A stretch of DNA of 55,953 bases from a virus. Taxonomy: Duplodnaviria; Caudoviricetes. Numbering within the stretch: the stretch's first letter is position 1; every line of letters begins with the position of its first letter. Below the pieces are notes generated by a model. That model was not told the origin of the DNA. It did not search any database and saw only the letters and a list, made by a program, of their open reading frames with translations. A program made the translations under genes and the position numbers. The stretch is taken from positions 1-55,953 of IMG/VR virus record IMGVR_UViG_3300032307_000533; one strand, 5' to 3'. This document shows positions 54,821-55,953 of this stretch, piece by piece.

Positions 54821-55219
54821 ATGATAACAAAAGAATATTTTGATGTTTCACGTATCGTGTCCATCCATTTCACAGTAGAGCGCCCAGCCTATAAATTTTA
54901 TTGGGTTGATAGTGAACCAATTAAGAGATTTTTTGGTTTAATTAACACAGGCAAATTTACCGAACCTGGGTGGGTTAACCAAAATGATTGGGATGTGATA
55001 ACCTACACAGATGAAGAAATTCGTAATTATGGGTATAAAGTATACACAAAAGATGAACGTATCAATGACCGTGTTTGTTATTTTCCCCATGTTAAGGTTT
55101 ATCTAACTCACGATAACACCATTGAACAAACTTTTGAAACAGATAAAGAAGCTGAAGCTTGGATCGAATTATTAAAAGAAAAATCTGGGAAGACATTTGA
55201 AGTCGCAATCTATAAATAA
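54821..55219 (+). CDS. Hypothetical protein
   Basis: 132-aa ORF. Confidence 0.65.
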   Translation: MITKEYFDVSRIVSIHFTVERPAYKFYWVDSEPIKRFFGLINTGKFTEPGWVNQNDWDVITYTDEEIRNYGYKVYTKDERINDRVCYFPHVKVYLTHDNTIEQTFETDKEAEAWIELLKEKSGKTFEVAIYK

Positions 55220-55225
55220 TATAAA

Positions 55226-55774
55226 ATGAAGCACAGGGTTAAAGTTAAAGCAATCACCTATAGGGGTGACGTTCTTAATAAGACTGTTAAGATTGACGGC
55301 CCTGAGTTCAAGGAGTATTCTGAGGTTCTGAACATTAATGGTAGAGAACATCACTTTACCATTACTGTTGAGGACCAGGTGATGGATTGGTTGGACGCCA
55401 CCGATAAAACGGGGATCATGGATCAACATGGTTGGCACACCATTCTCGATTACAAAGTTAACAAACGTGTTGTTAAACAAAGCAAGGCTGATAAGCTGGA
55501 ACAGTTTAAGCGGATGGTTGAAACCTATTTCGATCCGAGCTTCGAACACTCAGTTAAGTTGCGAGATGATTTTATGGTGACATACATAAAAATGTTTGAC
55601 AAGATACAAACATTGTCCGCTGAACAACAGTTCATCATTGTCATGGGAACGCTTGATACCGCGTACACAGCACAGACAATGGCTTACAAACACACCATTA
55701 AGTTGATACAGGCTACCAATGATAAGGATTTAATGTTCAGGGTTGTTGGATCAAGGCAGAGATCGATTAACTGA
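55226..55774 (+). CDS. Hypothetical protein
   Basis: 182-aa ORF. Confidence 0.65.
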   Translation: MKHRVKVKAITYRGDVLNKTVKIDGPEFKEYSEVLNINGREHHFTITVEDQVMDWLDATDKTGIMDQHGWHTILDYKVNKRVVKQSKADKLEQFKRMVETYFDPSFEHSVKLRDDFMVTYIKMFDKIQTLSAEQQFIIVMGTLDTAYTAQTMAYKHTIKLIQATNDKDLMFRVVGSRQRSIN

Positions 55775-55953
55775 TGGCGATAAGAACCATAATACAAGAC
55801 GATGTCACTTATGTGTTAAGCGATGAACCTGTTACAGAAAGCGGGATCGACTACGTCTATGTTCTTGATGGTAAGGTTTGCACATACATGGATTGTATTG
55901 TGGAGAATAGATTGGATGAGATGGTTAGGGCCAGGGTAAGATCGGAAGAGCAC
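55774..55953 (+). CDS. Hypothetical protein, truncated by the window end
   Basis: TGATG-coupled start; open to the last base. Confidence 0.5.
   Translation, partial: MAIRTIIQDDVTYVLSDEPVTESGIDYVYVLDGKVCTYMDCIVENRLDEMVRARVRSEEH

Noticed and set aside
1-55953. Alternative genetic code (stop-codon reassignment), as in some large phages
   Set aside because: Genes are intact under code 11; TAG (e.g. 3021, 12672, 54223) and TGA end genes at natural boundaries; no suppressor tRNA is present.
1-55953. Ordinary bacterial chromosome
   Set aside because: Housekeeping genes are isolated from their usual operons and interleaved with RNA ligases, fibre-like proteins and many tiny unknown ORFs. This is not formally excluded because no capsid or terminase gene is in the window.

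Overview
This 56-kb, AT-rich, gene-dense window is most consistent with a segment of a very large (jumbo/huge) tailed-phage genome infecting a Bacteroidota host. Support: about 14 TTTG-N~20-TAnnTTTG promoters, a tmRNA tag resuming on GGC-GAA, many short unknown ORFs, tail-fibre-like proteins and scattered auxiliary metabolic genes. No capsid, terminase or replicase gene is in the window, so the phage assignment is an inference. Contents: (1) three RNA clusters with six tRNAs, a tmRNA with an unusually long acidic tag, a tRNA-mimic and four unexplained structured RNAs; (2) smpB and two ClpP-family peptidases, which with the tmRNA make a trans-translation set; (3) a ~7-kb RNA-repair island (Rnl1, metallophosphoesterase, PNK-type kinase, DRB0094-type ligase, DEDDh exonuclease, two HAD phosphatases, cyclic-phosphate receiver, AEP-like protein), plus a CCA-type nucleotidyltransferase and an HD hydrolase; (4) a translationally coupled five-gene operon with a membrane histidine kinase and a stand-alone receiver; (5) a Prs-like plus NAMPT-like pair matching the NARP1 NAD-rebuilding anti-defence architecture; (6) nucleotide-sugar genes, a membrane-anchored tyrosinase, a ferritin with an acidic leader, MgsA, CysK, ThyA, DHFR and an IMPDH/GMP reductase; (7) a second promoter class (TATTTATA) before probable late/virion genes. 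All protein calls come from motif recognition by eye; no searches were run.
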